DNA from: Atractiella rhizophila
Taxonomy: Eukaryota
Direction of reading: 5' to 3'
Assembly (NCBI GenBank): GCA_021432655.1
Contig: MU271185.1
Location: 162,287-226,286, forward strand
DNA length: 64,000 nucleotides
A program made the position numbers and the translations under genes. The notes under the pieces were generated by a model. The model made no database searches and was not told the DNA's origin. It worked only from the letters and a program-made list of their open reading frames with translations. The number at the start of each line of letters is the position of its first letter. Position 1 is the first letter of the stretch. Below are positions 1-11,720 of the stretch, in pieces.

Positions 1-656
1 CGTAACATCGAGGTCAACAATGAAATGCCTGATGGAGAAAGAAGAGGGCAATGGGACAGTGTTGGATCAGGGACCACAAGAGGATGTCGAAGTCAGCCCC
101 TCTCTCGTGCTCCTAAGCCTCTGCCCTCCGTCCCTTGTGTCTCCCGCTACTGACTCGAACGGCACCTATATTCGCGCTACGCAAGTGACCTCCTCTCCCT
201 CCTCTGACAGCTGATTGGTAACCGCCCCTGTTTCCCAGGCCTCCGCAGCCTTCACTCTCACAGTCAGATCATTACTAAGTGACGGGAGAGAGCTTTCGTC
301 TGAATCACAGTGTAATTTAGATTCTATTATTTGCAAAGGATTTCATTTCATTTACCCATTTTTTTCACGACGGTGACACTATCCAGTAGTCCTTCAAACT
401 AAACCCTTCCACGCCTGGACGCCCACTTCCAAGCAACACCGTCTCTGTCCTAATTGCAAACGGTGTCTAATCCAGACTCCCACGAACGGTTTTGCGATCT
501 CCATCCTCACGGTGGTGATATCTGATCAGTGCGTGGAGAATGTCGAGATGGCTGGAAAACACGCTGACGCACTGCAGGCATGATCTGATCTTTCCCACTC
601 TCTTATCTCGTTTACCATGAATTCCTGGGCTGTAGTTCAGCGTATCTTCTCCGGGA

Positions 657-2381
657 ATGGTTGCGGAGGAAACATTTTCAAGTTCACGGAAGGATGATCA
701 GGGAGCAGAGTCAATCGCACAGGTCCATCTCATTACCCCAGTAACGTTAGGCCATGGCATTCCGATCCACCTCTCTATTCTTTCCTCTTTTCTTGCTCGT
801 CTACCTCCATCAGTTCAAACGCTCCGGATCAGCTTTATCTTGCCTCTTGCGGTCTGGAGGTCAAAATCGTCCTTCTTCTCACTGGAATGCCTCGAAAATG
901 CAATCGAACCCGACGGCGCACTGAATCTTTGCATCAGGTTGGAGCAGGAAAGTATTAAAGCAACTTTTGGGGATTATGCATTCATGGATTCAAATGACTC
1001 GGACGTAAAACCCTTCACATGCACATTTAATCTTCCATATAACCGCTCCCAGGCCGATATCATCTTCGACCCCGTCGCGCTATACTCCAAGGCCGAACGG
1101 CGTTTCGTTCCTATCAATGAATGGGAATCTTCACCCATCCAATCCACTTATCTAGGCACCTTCATCCAACTCTCAGTCTCCCCGACTCGAATTCCAGGTG
1201 TTAGGATCTGCGCTATCGCACTGTTACCTCCCGAGCTCTTGTCTCTCGTCTTCGAGTTCCTCTCACTCAGTGAAGACGAATCGGCCATCGAAGGTATCTC
1301 TAATAAACATCTCGTTTCCTTCACCCTACTTTCTGCCGTCTGTCAGCTCTGGAAGACTGTTTCAGTCCCATATTTGTTTGGAATCGTTTCTGTGAAGGAG
1401 AAGCATGCCCGCTTGAAAGGTTATCCTGGTGCCGGACGTTTGTGGGAAGGTCTTCAGTTCGAGACGTGGGTTGACAAGGACATCAGTGTTGACATGGCGC
1501 GAGAGGTCATCGCCGGCTCGCCAAATGTTACCCACGTGTATATGGATGCATTTTGGAATGAAGAGGAGGCGAAGATTGTTTTGGATGCGATTGAAGGCTT
1601 GGCGATGTTGGAAGAAGTGATTTTTGGAAGCGAACATTCGGTTTCAAGAAAATGGAAGAAGGGGGAGATCGAGAACTTCATGTGGAGGATGAGCGCAAGG
1701 ATCAGATTCTTCCGTGCTTATGACGTAGAGGACTCTGCCTGTTCGACATCACCAGGCCTTCAATTATCCTCTGATCTCAAATACCTCGGCCTTCATGGGT
1801 ACCCACCTCTCCCATCGCTCTCCCTCCCACACGCCCTCACGGGTTTGCGTCTCTCCAATCTGTGCCCCCTCCCTCCTTCCGTCTCAGGCTCCTGTCTACC
1901 ACCTCTCCTAGAAGATCTCACGATGACACTCGCCCCCTACTCGCCTGATGGAAAGTTCTCCATCCTACCGAGTCCGCTCGACTTTTCACACCTCAAACAT
2001 CTGACCTTCCTCCGCCTCGACGGTGGTGAGGACACTTCAAACCTCGTACCCGCCCAGCTCTTCCACAACCTCAGAAATGCAAAAGCAATAGAGGACATAG
2101 ATGTTCGCTACTGTGTGGTAAACTGGGAATACGCTGGATTTGTATTCTCAGACTTCATTTGTTGGTTCTTTAGGGACAGGGGGCTGAAGGAGGAGTTGGA
2201 TACGGAGGATAGAACGGAAAAGGTGGAAATGGCGAGAGGACGCGAGTTGCGGGTTAAGCTATTTTTCGGAGAGTGGCTTGAGGAAGAGATATGCCACGCC
2301 AGTAGCACGCTGAGTAAGTTTGGGGTGAGCAAGGAGGATGATTGGATCTGGGTTCAGGAGGGTGGAGAGGAGCGACGCTGA
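657..2381 (+). CDS. Expanded family copy 1: unrecognised N-terminal domain + F-box-like motif + LRR-like C-terminal region, intronless CDS
   Basis: 574-aa ORF. F-box-like IALLPPELLSLVFEFL...LSAVCQLWKTVS follows a ~185-aa N-terminal domain; LxxLxL-rich C-half. Full-length similarity to ORFs at 20494, 38101 and 49229. Confidence 0.75.
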   Translation: MVAEETFSSSRKDDQGAESIAQVHLITPVTLGHGIPIHLSILSSFLARLPPSVQTLRISFILPLAVWRSKSSFFSLECLENAIEPDGALNLCIRLEQESIKATFGDYAFMDSNDSDVKPFTCTFNLPYNRSQADIIFDPVALYSKAERRFVPINEWESSPIQSTYLGTFIQLSVSPTRIPGVRICAIALLPPELLSLVFEFLSLSEDESAIEGISNKHLVSFTLLSAVCQLWKTVSVPYLFGIVSVKEKHARLKGYPGAGRLWEGLQFETWVDKDISVDMAREVIAGSPNVTHVYMDAFWNEEEAKIVLDAIEGLAMLEEVIFGSEHSVSRKWKKGEIENFMWRMSARIRFFRAYDVEDSACSTSPGLQLSSDLKYLGLHGYPPLPSLSLPHALTGLRLSNLCPLPPSVSGSCLPPLLEDLTMTLAPYSPDGKFSILPSPLDFSHLKHLTFLRLDGGEDTSNLVPAQLFHNLRNAKAIEDIDVRYCVVNWEYAGFVFSDFICWFFRDRGLKEELDTEDRTEKVEMARGRELRVKLFFGEWLEEEICHASSTLSKFGVSKEDDWIWVQEGGEERR

Positions 2382-2994
2382 AGATACGCATATTTCCCAC
2401 CTGCGGTCGAAAGGAGACACGAGAGGAAGGTGCGAACTTCATAACACTCTATGTTCTAACGCAGGATTAAAAATGGGGACTAGGATAGGACAGGAATTGA
2501 TAACGGAGTCAGGTTGTGATGTTCATGCCGAACGCCGAAGTTAGGGACGCTCCGCGTTCAACTTATCTTTGCTCGCATTCGCTTATACGTGATTGTATTG
2601 GGGACCACGAGTAAAGATACGGAGCTACCATTTTCATTTAGCAGGAGACCTGACGGCAAAATACAGTTCCTGTGTGGAGCCATCAGGTCACCTGCCGAAA
2701 GAGCTTCCACGATGTTAGTTGAACTAAGGCGTTCAATGTCCGAACAAATACTTCCTTCCACCTGGACTTCAACCCACCCAACAGCAGCCCAGACGGTTGC
2801 CTAATCCACCGACTCCCTCAAACGATTTTGCTATCATCCTCACGATTTCGAATTCTGATCATTGCAGTGGGTGCGTCGAAATGGGTGAAGTTGGAGAACG
2901 CACTATTGCGCCACAGGCAGGATCGATCTTTCTCCCTCACTTATCTCGTTTAACATGGACTCGTGGGGTTTAGTCCGGCGTCTTATCTCCCAGA

Positions 2995-4717
2995 ATCAAA
3001 AGGAGAAAAACATCAGTTTTACAGAAGGACAGTCAGGGGACAGAGTCAATCGCACTGGCTCATCTCATCACCCCTGTAACATTACGACATGGCAGCCCAG
3101 TCCACCTCTCCATTCTTCCCTCTTTCATTTCTCGCCTACCTCCATCAATTCACACGCTCCAGATCACGTTTGTCTTACCTATTCGATTCTGGAAGCTCAA
3201 GTATGGTCCATCGAAATCGTCCTACTTCTCTCTAGAAGGCCAGAAAAGTGAAGGAGAACCCAACGGTGCAATGATTCTTCGCATTGCGTTGGAGGAGAAA
3301 AGTATTATGGTAACTTTTGGGGATACCAAAAGTCTTGCATCCGTGGATTTGGAGGACATGTCTCTGAAACCCTTCACATGCACATTTCATCTTGCAGAGA
3401 ATCGCTCTCAGCTCATCTTCCAACCTGTCGCCGTATACTCCAAGGATCAACAGTGTTTCATTCCTCTCAAGGAATGGGAGGAGCCAACCAATCCATCCAC
3501 CGGTCTGGGGACAACCATCCAACTCTCCCTCTCCACAACTCGACCTATATGTATTAGTTTATGCAGTATCACACACCTTCCTACTGAGATCCTCTCACTC
3601 ATCTTCGAGATTCTTTCATTCGATGAATCTGAAAGGCTTATAGAAGGTACTGGATATCTCGTTTCCTTCGAGCGACTTTCTGAGGTCTGTCAGCTTTGGA
3701 AGGCTGTTTCAGTCCCATATTTCAGTGAAGATGTTTCTGTGCAGGAGTTCCATGCTCGTTTGACAGCTTATCCTAATGCTGGGCGTTTGCGGACAACCCT
3801 CCGGTTTGAGAGTGGGCTTGACGATGACATCAGCGTTGAGATGGCGCAAGACGTCAATCGCTGGCCTGCCGAATGTTACGTACTTGTACATGTGTGCATT
3901 GTGGAATGAAGAGGAGGCGAAGATTGTGTTGCATGCGATTGAAAGCTTGACGAGGTTGGATGACGTAATGTTTGAAGGGCAAGGTTGGAGAAAGTGGAAG
4001 AAGGATGAGGTCGAGAATTTTATGTGGAGGATGGGTGACAGGATCAAAGCCTTCTGTGCTTTCAACGTAGAGGACTCTGCCTTGTCGACATCACGCGGCC
4101 TTCAATTATCATCTAACCTCAACTCCCTACAGCTTCACGCATACCCACCTCTCCCATCGCTCTCTCTCCCACTCACCCTCACAGATTTGCGTCTCTCCGA
4201 ACTGTGTCCTCTCCCTCCCTCCATCTCAGGCTCCTGTCTACCCCCTCTTCTAGGTTGGCTCAAGATCACCCTCGCCCCCTACTCGCCTGATGGAAAGACC
4301 TCCATCCTACCCAGTCCACTCGACTTTTCACACCTCAAACATCTCAGCTACCTCGAACTCGACGGTGGTGAGGAGGCTTCAAACCTCATTTCCCCCCAGT
4401 TCTTCCACACCCTCACAAATGCAAAAGCAATAAGACACATAGATGTTCGGTATTGTGTGGTGGACTGGAGATTCACAGGGTTCGTATTCTCAGAGTTCAT
4501 CTGCTGGTTCTTTGGGGACAGGGGGATGAAGGAGGAGGGGGATATGGTGGATGGAGCTGAAAAGGTGAAGACGACGAGAGGACGTGACTTGAGCATTCAG
4601 CTATTCTTTGGAGGGTGGCTTGAGGACGAGATATGCAAGGCAAGGAGCATGTTGAGAGAGTTCGGGGTGAGTGAGGAGAATGAAGATACCTGGGTTCGGG
4701 AGGGTGGGGAGTGGTGA
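2995..4717 (+). pseudogene. Expanded F-box-like family copy 2, apparently disabled
   Basis: The homologous frame (…ESIALAHLITPVTLRHG…) starts at an ATC (2995) where copy 1 has ATG, with an in-frame stop at 2971. An extra A near 3857 (GACGTCAATCGCTGG vs GAGGTCATCGCCGG in copy 1) splits it into ORFs 3271-3909 and 3776-4717. Confidence 0.7.
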
Positions 4718-4849
4718 TGTGGGGAATTATCAGATTTGACTCACGTTCAAGAGAAGACACGATGAGAAGGTGCACAGTTCGTATCTCTCTCCATCTAACA
4801 CGGCATTGAAAATTGGTGACTAGGAACACGGCTGGAATGTGTTCGGAAC

Positions 4850-5190
4850 GTTGCCATCCCTCCCTCCGTCCCTACTATTCAACGTAACTTCCTCACAAAA
4901 GTCATTCGTACTTGACACCTCATACTCTATTCTTATAAGCAATCTTGGGACCCCATCCGCACCAAGTCTGTCCATGCACACTATTAGAACACAATGTGGT
5001 ATAGGTATTAACTATTTCCTGCTGTGGGCGTAAGTCGGTTTCCCAGTGTTTATCTGCTGGTTCTGGGGGGATCAGGAAATGAGGGATAGGGGCGATGATG
5101 ACGATGGATGGGAGGGAGTATATTTGGTGTTGATGACTATTTCGGAAGCTTCAGGGCATGATGAGATCAGGTTTGTAAGGAGGATGCTCT
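4850..5190 (+). pseudogene. Degenerate C-terminal relic of the same F-box-like family
   Basis: Fragments LPSLPPS and FICWFWGDQEMR…EIRFVRRML match the family C-terminus (FICWFFGDRGM…EICKARSML). Confidence 0.55.
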
Positions 5191-6839
5191 CTGTGTGTAT
5201 TACGGACGTCTTCTGCCATGCAAATGATTCTGCTGATTCCCAGCAAAAGCATCAAATTTCGTCCAAATGTGCTACAATGTAGTGAAGCCGATCACCCTTT
5301 GAGTGTCACTCGAGTCATTCTTACAGTTGACGACGACACATGCATTCAACGATGGACTACTTAACAGAACAGAAAGCGGCGCCATCGAAGATTGAAGATG
5401 TGGTATAACAATGGTACCATTCCTTGAACCCTTGGGACGAGCCTACATCTTCAAGCCTACATTGTCTTCGAGGGACAAATTGCATCTTTGAACTTATAGC
5501 ACTGTGAATTCAAGTCGACAAGAACTCCAGCAACCAAACCAATCACTTGCGCAACATTCCCAGTCCTTAAGTATCGTGTAACTCAATAACTAACCAAGAA
5601 GCTTCAGAAATGCGTAGAGGTAAACGCTGTGGGGACAACCATCCCACTCTCCCTTTCCCCAGCTCGACACCATGGAAACTCTTTCGGCAGGTGACCTGAT
5701 GGCTACACGCAGGAACTCTATTTTGCCATCAGGTCTCCTGCTTACCACCAACATGCAGGTTTGGACTTAGCCTTTTTCCTTTAGCGAAGGTCGTGAGGTA
5801 GTAGGGTTAGGGTAGTTTTTAGGCACCCAAACGACATCGATGATCCAATCCAACCAATACGCCACAATCGTACTCACACATCCCTCACCAAGTCATACAC
5901 CCACTCTATAATGCCTCTCAGGTACTCTGATGTGTCCGCTGTGAAATCCGCTTCGTAATGGACCACTACTGGCGAAAGTGAATAAAGAAAGATATGGGGC
6001 TTTGTGCCAAGCAGGAGAACATGCTCAACGACAGAGTGAGCTGGGAAACCGCTGAAGGTGCATCGTGTGCTTGTTAGTGGTAGGGAAGAACAGGAAAATT
6101 GGGTGGCACACAGCATCGAAAACAGTGGTGTGGCTGGCGACAATGCTTCGACTTGCATCTTTTCTGGGTGAGGAGAACTCCGATGAGACCAACAAGTTGG
6201 TATAGGTTCCTTCTATGAATGTTCAAAAGACAGCTTTGTTTTGCCTTCTAATGTATTGGCGGACAGCAAGACAACAAGCCCTGCCTTGAACTCTCAAATG
6301 CAAGGTCCTCCACATCAGCGGTGTGATAGCTTGAAGAAGCATGCCCGAGTTATTGCTACTTAATGATGTGGAAGAAAGGCTCGATTACGCTCTTGGAAGG
6401 GAAAGATCGTGGTAGTTATGAAGGTTAATGTAAGTATCTTCGTTTGCTCTCTTCTTGGTTCCAAATTGCACCGGAGACTGATGAGATGGGAGTTTGTTAG
6501 GTATCTTTTTACCTGCTCAGAAGGTATGTTTTCCTTTGCTTTAGTGATTTCTGGCCATGCTAATTGCTTATGAGTTAGGGAAATAACTTAGTATGTTCGC
6601 AAGTATGATTCATGAGTAATCTCTATCGCATTAGATGGAGCTGATTCATTAGTCAGCCAAGGAATAATTTTTGGGTCTGATAAGGATGAGTTCCCACGTT
6701 TAGATGACACTAAATTGTACAATGCGAACAGCCCAGACATGAGCAAAGTGGTGATGGGTAGGCACGTGATCTCATGACGTGGTAAAGTGGGTCACGTGAC
6801 CTCGGATGGTGCATTTCGGTAATGTGTAGGGGCAAGCCT

Positions 6840-7600
6840 GACAATCTGATATTGTCTAACCCCAGTCCTTAATCCCCGAGCTCATGGCTTGTATTTCAAG
6901 TTTGCCATCTGCGCTACCTACCATACCTCTGACCGTCGCTGTAATACGGGTTAGAAGTATTGATAATCTGCAATGTTTACGTTGAAGTACTTATCTGATT
7001 GCGTGTTCAATTTCCAATCTGTCTCAGCCATTTCTCCCTCGCACACAACCACCATCTGTCTTTTACTCATAGCTTCTTTTTAATCGTTACGCAGTGTTGT
7101 AGTGTGCGAGGTGAGTAGCCCTTTAGTTTCTTACATCTTACTTATTCCAATGGGCACTCTTCAGGTTCCTTAACATTCCCCCTTTTGAGAGCCCCTGTTA
7201 TCATATAAGAGCACCGGCTTAGGCCTTCTTACATTCTTGTCGCTTATTTCTGTCACAGAGATACTGCTACTTGACTCTGTTCGTACCGGTTAGATGTGCG
7301 ACTAGTTTGGGTGTTTTTAGGTACGCTTCCTTAAGTCTCATGGTATTCCTATTATCTTATGCAACTATGTGTTTTTAGCAGTATCAACTCCCGTTCGCTT
7401 GCCCCCTTTCTGGCTCACTCCCCATTTGGATCCGTGCCAGGTCCAAACTCGGGTTATAGTTGTGACTTTCAACGAGCGAACACGGTCGAGCTTTGCCTAC
7501 CAAAGGATAAATTAAATAGCCTTCGTCAGGTCGACCTTTCGGAATGTTTCGCGAAGGAGATTCATGCTGAGGGTATTCAAGTGTTTGATACTACCTGACA
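6840..7600 (+). pseudogene. Degenerate intron-containing coding relic, possibly transposase-like (CACTA/Tnp2 type)
   Basis: Short motifs FLNIPP, GSVPGP and EIHAEGIQVFD recall Tnp2-family segments, but there are many stops. Weak, by-eye similarity only. Confidence 0.25.
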
Positions 7601-8686
7601 TGAAAGTGTTTCATCAGCCTCGCTGCATTATTTGTTTCCGCCAGTTGAACTAAAGGAGATGCTTTATATGTGTATATTTTAGGGATAAAGCGTCTAAGGC
7701 TGCCAGAAAGCGTCAATTGTAGGGTAGCCTATTTGACTTGTTCCTTAGACTTCACTCGTAGTTAGTTGAGTTGCTGTAAGTTGACGACGACACATGCATT
7801 TCCAAGGATGGAAACCTGGGAAACTAAAAGAGCAGCAGTCGAAGTTCGAAGAAGTGGTACAATGGTATCATTTGTTCAATCTGCAACCTTGAATTCTTCC
7901 TTCATCATCCCCATGACACCCTCAAATACGCTATCTTCTGCTCTCCATCATCCGCCAAACCACAAACGCAAACTCACCGTGCACAGAAAGAAAGTGAAAC
8001 CTGAGACAAGTGATCCGTAAGAGATGTTAGTGTTAGGCTCATGTTTGAGGCATGAAAGCCTGTAATCCCGCATAGTTGTTCGTGAAAGCGAACCTGCCGC
8101 TCTGGAATGTCGACAGAGATTATCCTTCTAGCGCCTATTGCCTTTACGACTGCAGAAGGAGGGGAGAATGCCCGCCCCTGTGTCTCTCCCGCTCCTTTCC
8201 ACCTCTGTCATCTCCTTTCGCTCACTTATCCTCTCGCTCCACCTTGCATCGAGCTCCGCCAACGCTCACGCTTCATCTCACTTCCACCAACCCTTTGCCT
8301 TTTTTCGCCTTCTGGCTTACCTCGTTGGGACTTTTCTTTCTGCTTGCAGTGTGATGGCTACATTGTCCAATTCTTCAAGTTGTCAGTCAAAAATCTCATA
8401 ACCTACTTTCAGAACGCTTCAAGGTTGTCTCAAGTACATCGAACACTTCCTACCAAGGGTTCTACAACCTTGTTACTCTACCCATGTCGTTTCTCAAGGA
8501 CAACAAGGCTGTGAACAAAGAGAAGAGTCCCGTTCACACTCCTTTGAGCGGTCAGTACAAAGGCAATCTGGCTCTTATCTAGCTCTACCACGTCCTTCCT
8601 CAAGGACAACAAGGCTCTGGACAAAGAGCAGGATGTCATTACAATCACTATAAGAGGGAGGATCTACTACCTCGTTTCCAAACAAC

Positions 8687-9982
8687 ATGCTCAAAATGTC
8701 CCTCCTCGACCTCCCCAATGAGCTTCTAAACGAAATTGGCAGTCACCTCTCCGTGTCCGACTGTATCGACCTCAGTTGCTGTAACTGGGGTTTACGACAA
8801 GCTCTACTTTCCCAAATATTTCGCACGTTGGTCCTTAACACGACGTGGTGGGATTCAGATGCACAGTTCCAAGCTCTTCCGAACGATATTTTACAAAAAG
8901 TGAGATATCTGAGCATTAGTTTTTCGGTATGGGACGACATTGAATCCCTCCCTCGTACTATCAACAATTGCACTGTCACTCTGCAACATTTGCTCAAGAC
9001 TGACCGAGTTGACCCTTTGTCCATCCAACAGATTTGCTTCGAGGTGGAAGCCAGCATGTTGGGGCTGACTTTTCTGGACGACGAACCTGAATTTCTATCA
9101 CATCTTCGCAAAAGACGCATTACTGACGATGAGTTGGCTTTTGAAGTCCGCAAGCTCTTCGAGACGTTGAACCTATGTCCGGCTTTCGACCTCTCCTTCA
9201 TAGTACATCGCCATGACGTTACAGACCCAGCCGATCCGTCGAATGACTTGTTCATCAACCTTCTTCGAGCTGCCTGTTCCTCTCCGAGTGTTATCAAGAA
9301 CATCAGGGTCCAGAGTCCATTCATACCAGGACACTCTGCGAAAGAGCTTTCGGATCGAAAGGAATCTCTGGACAAATTGGTTGTCAGGACTTTCTCTTCT
9401 TTCCCCCTGCTTAAGACGGCGACGGGCATGGAACTCGAGGCAAAGGAGCTGATTCTCGATGGCAGCAGTCATTTCCGTGACCGGCCCTTCGAAATGATGC
9501 TCTACAGCTGCTGGGTTCCCTGTCAGACTGCGACACTGAACCTTTTCATACTTTTTCCACTTGACTGGTTCCTAGGACGTTCCACCTCAAAGTTGACATC
9601 CCTCACCCTCACTAACATGTTACAGTACTTAGGCTTACATGATATCTTTAAAATTCTCCTCTACTTCTCTCCGTGTCCAATCCAGGATTTTACCTTCTTC
9701 TCCGACGGAACAGGACGTGAGGCTGTCGAGTTCACAAATAGCTTCGCGACTAAAGTGACCCTTCAATGTCTTTACAGGCTGAGATGCGAAGGAGGATCCT
9801 GGAAAGCACTCCAACGCTTGAATGTCCCCAACGTGCGCCTGAAAGACCGCATGAGCAAGAAAGCTTTACTTGCGCTCACAATGGAGGGGGTGACTGTACA
9901 GAGCTATAAAGGACACCCACTTTGGACGCAAGCTTCTTGCTCATCTGGTGGTCCCCCACCCCAAGAAGTCGTCCTCTCCTGA
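8687..9982 (+). CDS. N-terminal F-box protein (a different family from the expanded one), intronless
   Basis: 431-aa ORF starting SLLDLPNELLNEIGSHLSVSDCIDLSCCNWGLRQAL, a canonical F-box pattern. Confidence 0.75.
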   Translation: MLKMSLLDLPNELLNEIGSHLSVSDCIDLSCCNWGLRQALLSQIFRTLVLNTTWWDSDAQFQALPNDILQKVRYLSISFSVWDDIESLPRTINNCTVTLQHLLKTDRVDPLSIQQICFEVEASMLGLTFLDDEPEFLSHLRKRRITDDELAFEVRKLFETLNLCPAFDLSFIVHRHDVTDPADPSNDLFINLLRAACSSPSVIKNIRVQSPFIPGHSAKELSDRKESLDKLVVRTFSSFPLLKTATGMELEAKELILDGSSHFRDRPFEMMLYSCWVPCQTATLNLFILFPLDWFLGRSTSKLTSLTLTNMLQYLGLHDIFKILLYFSPCPIQDFTFFSDGTGREAVEFTNSFATKVTLQCLYRLRCEGGSWKALQRLNVPNVRLKDRMSKKALLALTMEGVTVQSYKGHPLWTQASCSSGGPPPQEVVLS

Positions 9983-10427
9983 TCGCGGAAGCGGAAGTTT
10001 GGGTCAATCGTGGAATCCTGCTGGAAGAGCCTTTGTCAGCATTTGCCCTGGTGGCGACTGACCCAGGTTGATGTTAACGCATCTGACACGGTTGAGTGTC
10101 ATGATGGTGGGAAGATTACAGTGTGAAGGGAGTTGGCAGGTACATGTGGACGGATCAGCAGTAACATTCATCTATAGGTTCATCGAAATAATATGTAAAG
10201 TCCAGAATGTGAAGTTCGACCGCACTCAGAGAGGATCGGTCACGATCATTGTGCTAGCTATCGGCACATTTCCACTAATGGAGTGTACACTTAAGACTTC
10301 AATCAGCGTTTCAGCGCTCCAGCTGGAGCAGTTATTGCAGTTGAGTCTGACTTGAAGTTCCCTCCGCGCGGGATGGCGCGCGTCAGCGCGAGATATAAGA
10401 AGACAAGCGTGACTTTGATGACAGCTC

Positions 10428-11720
10428 ATGAGTATTCGCCTAATATTACGGTCCAGGTTTATCTCCCATGATTTGGTTACGGCCATTCCAAGGGTAAAGG
10501 CAGAAACAACCGCGTCATATCTCTCTTTACGAACCGCCGTAGGGTCCCGCTACCTCTATGGCAGCCCTCCTTCAAGGAGAGAGTTTTCGTGTTCACTCCC
10601 TCTGTCCAAAATGAAGGAGAACCCTTACCTGCCGAGGGATAATGAGGGCATCAAGATGGCGTGGAAGGAGTATGAAGCGTTCAAAGTGGCGCATAAGCAG
10701 GGCATTCCGGAGGGTGTGTTGGATTGTTTTTCTTCTTATGTTTTCTCTGTTCGTTTAGCTTCACTTTTTTTTCTTTCATTATGCGCTTTCCATCTTCGTT
10801 TCTTTAGGTCTGGGAATATACCACATGGTTCACGGCGTCGCGTTCTGTTGGATGTGAGGGAGACAAAGTGAAGTGGAGCGGCCTCGTTTATGAAGTTGCA
10901 ACTTCGCTTTTTCCTTTTGTCCAAGCCCTGCACATTACTTATTCCAACAAGAAGCGTTTGGGTAGACATCAGCGCAAGGTTGGAGGCAGAATAACATGGC
11001 AGTCGATTTCCATTGAGGTGTCGCGTTTCGTATATCTGGCATATTGAAATAATTACTCGTGGAGCTCGATGCTTCAATTTCGATTCAGAGCGTGCATGAA
11101 GTTTCTAACGTCTCCTGTACAGATTTATGTTCCTTCTCATACACCACCTCGTCTGGTCCCGGCGGTCAAAACGTGAACAAAGGTTCGCAACACTTCCCTT
11201 CACTCTCCCATCTCACACACACCAACGCACAGTGAACACGCGTGCGGTCCTCGTCCTCCCCCTCTCACGTCTCTCAGTACCTCCATACGTGATGTACAAT
11301 CTCCAACACACCGTCCGTCACTTCGACTCCACTACATTTTTTATTCCTTGCTCTGAACAAAAGGTTGAAGTAGGCGCACCACATCTCGAGTCCTCCGCCG
11401 TACGGATCGCTGCAGATATCGGCACAGGAGCATCGGACGCAGCCGGGGAATAGGGAGGAGGCGAGGAAGCGGTTGTGGAGGATCATGTGCGAGGCGTGGG
11501 AGGGAGGATTGGGTGGTGCGTCTGCCATCTCCCTTCTTTTACTTCATCCTCACTAGTTGTATGTGATGGTTAATTGTGCTCCTGGATGCATGGGTGGATA
11601 GGTGTGACGAGTGAGCAGAAGATGGAGAGGGTGAGGAGGATGGAGGGAGAGTGGAAGAGGAGGAAGAAGGCTGAGAAGGAGTTCTTGAAGAGCAAGAAGG
11701 CGGATAGACGCGCGTACTGA
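10428..11720 (+). CDS. Mitochondrial peptidyl-tRNA hydrolase / ribosome rescue factor, ICT1/Pth4/ArfB (RF-1 domain) family
   Basis: Spliced reading: Arg/Ser-rich presequence…GIPE|DLCSFSYTTSSGPGGQNVNK|VNTRAVL…LQISAQEHRTQPGNREEARKRL…KRRKKAEKEFLKSKKADRRAY*. Has the GGQ motif and basic tail. Introns include 10714-11122 and three short ones. Confidence 0.9.

Larger units (their letters stand above)
2641..5741. mobile_element. Possible non-autonomous TIR element with ~75-bp palindromic terminal inverted repeats and TTA flanks, enclosing family copy 2
   Basis: 2640-2716 is a diverged reverse complement of 5667-5742. Each end is itself a 17-bp-stem hairpin. TTA occurs at 2638-2640 and 5742-5744. Confidence 0.4.

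Noticed and set aside
20..214. Possible 3' end of a gene entering the window
   Set aside because: Too short, with no recognisable motif.
2641..2720. Helitron 3' hairpin or CRISPR-like repeat
   Set aside because: No CTRR terminus follows the hairpin, there are only two inverted copies with no spacer array, and the context is eukaryotic.
10808..10860. CAAX pheromone-like ending (…FCWM*) of the alternative ICT1 splice product
   Set aside because: The Cys is third from the end rather than fourth, and the upstream exon belongs to the ICT1-like gene.
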